This document shows, in pieces, positions 62,426-64,000 of a DNA stretch of 64,000 nucleotides. Origin of the DNA: Marsupella aquatica. Its lineage: Eukaryota; Plantae; Marchantiophyta. The translations under genes were made by a program, and so were the position numbers. The stretch spans positions 17,358,095 to 17,422,094 of the forward strand of contig OZ316891.1 of assembly GCA_973895155.1 (NCBI GenBank), written 5' to 3'. The notes below the pieces were generated by a model, which saw nothing but the letters and a program-made list of their open reading frames with translations, was not told the origin of the DNA and made no database searches. How positions within the stretch are numbered: the stretch's first letter is position 1; every line of letters begins with the position of its first letter.

Positions 62426-63906
62426 TTAGTTATTCTCTTCTCTGCCACTCTGCCAGGTCATGTTTTTAACGTGGTGCAAAACACTCTCCACTTCCTCAAT
62501 AATCTCCTTGTCAAGTCCGTCGCAGACTTTGTTGTCTAAGACGTCTTTCACAGCTTGAATATTCCTACGGACCTGCAAAAGCAATACACCCATCATACCA
62601 GGCGACGACAACATGTCAGCTAAGATGATAGGGGACCGGAAATTCCAAGAGTTCAATTCAATTCAAATTTGGCAACCAGTAACAGATCGAACACTAATAT
62701 CCAATTTCAATGTTACCAAGTTTCAGGCGTGTCCGATTCGATTTTTAATATCATTGAAGGAAGAGCAGATCCAAACATAGAATTATTACTGCTCTGCTAG
62801 TCCAACTGTTTGATCAACTTTTGTTATCATTCTGCCCTAGGCTGACCAACAACTGAAGCACCTTTCTAAGCTGCACAACAATGCAAACTCTCAAATTGAA
62901 GCTGTCCAAGGTTGCTCCTAATCGGTTTGAAATTTGTCCTGACCTAAATCCTAACATAGTTTGTGGCTGAGCTTTCTTTCAATTCACTTTCCTCTGCGTA
63001 CTAGTTGCACAGCTACTTAACCAATTTCCCTGCAAAATCATTTTGCCCAGAGATTCTCACTTGAGGACGCACTCAGGGACCACGATCATTATCAGAGAAT
63101 AACGAGGGAGCACCTGTTCAACGGAACACATCCCCACTATGGTTGTCGATATTTCAGGGTTGCTCACAGCAAATTGAAGTGCCAGCTTAGAGATGCTTTT
63201 CCCCTTACTCCCACAGAGAGCAGCTGCAGACGCAGAAGCATTCTGGAAATAGAAAATACCAACGTCAGTAATTAACGGCTACCGACGTGGCAATGCTCCT
63301 GCAGCCTATTAATTTGCTAGCAAAAAGCAGGACTTCATTAATGAAGTTTAATTCACACCGAATATGCAAATAAAAAAAGTCGGAAACCTAATTTAATGCT
63401 TGGAAAATACTCAACAAAAAATCGCACTTCCAACAAGACAAAAGAGAGTTACAACGCTTCAACCCAAACAACGCCTTAAGTTACAACACAGTTTTGGATT
63501 GGAACTGCGCTTGACCACAGGTCGACTAGGCTGCGTACAATAGCGTGAAAACTAAAAAAAAATCAAATTTAACGACGGTACAGGCATTTGAGGGGTTCAA
63601 AGTAACCTTCAATTTCTGTGGAGCAGGATGCCAATCAGGGGGTCCCTGATCTGTCAACAACCCCATTGACAGTGGAGAAGCACTGATGACACCCACACCT
63701 TTGCTCTTCAGATATGGAAGAGAATTCGCCAACGAGACATCATTCAAGCTGTAGTGACAGTACGAGAGAACCACGCTGATGGTCCCTGGAGGGACCCGAT
63801 CCAGTACATAGTGGAATATTTTCAAAGGAAGGCCTGTGATACCAATGAACCTCACTTTGCCAGTCTCTTTGAGCTTGTTCAAGGCAGGAATTGTTTCTGT
63901 GATAAT
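62426..63906 (-). CDS. GalDH: L-galactose dehydrogenase (aldo-keto reductase, ascorbate pathway), last three exons; 5' part outside window
   Basis: Exons 63607-63906, 63114-63242 and 62426-62572 give ETIPALNKLKETGKVRFIGITGLPL...VLDRVPPG...SYCHY...GVISASPLSMGLLT..GPPDWHPA...KLALQF...VKNMTWQSG. Confidence 0.93.
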
Positions 63907-64000
63907 CTGTCACATAGGTGCTCAGTAAGCAATAAATCTACTAGATTGCAATGAGGTTATTTACTTACGCGAAACACTCTTAAAAAACGAAGCGAAAGCG

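Overview
Eukaryotic nuclear DNA from a land plant (intron-rich GT-AG genes; a non-seed plant such as a bryophyte is my guess, not established). The first 13.7 kb is a nested transposon cluster. A decayed Ty1/copia element (5' end outside the window) sits inside the Myb/SANT-like ORF of a PIF/Harbinger element, which abuts a Helitron-like 3' end. Next comes a full-length, very young related copia element (420-bp LTRs with one visible mismatch, GTATA TSD). Host genes: SCC4/MAU2 cohesin loader (+), EHD1-like EH-domain protein (-), ARPC1 (-), plastid-type shikimate kinase (-) and the 3' part of L-galactose dehydrogenase (-). A third, old copia element (CCCTC TSD) carries a CACTA-like insert; MULE-like MITE, Helitron-like and local tandem repeats fill the intergenic gaps. 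Most notable: both related but diverged copia elements separate gag from pol by a single in-frame TGA at the homologous codon. They also share a conserved pre-gag leader and an acidic Gag N-extension, suggesting a readthrough- or splice-regulated copia lineage. A short orphan ORF near 61.7 kb has an internal repeat that diverges mostly synonymously. All identifications are by eye and from memory of the protein families; no searches were run.
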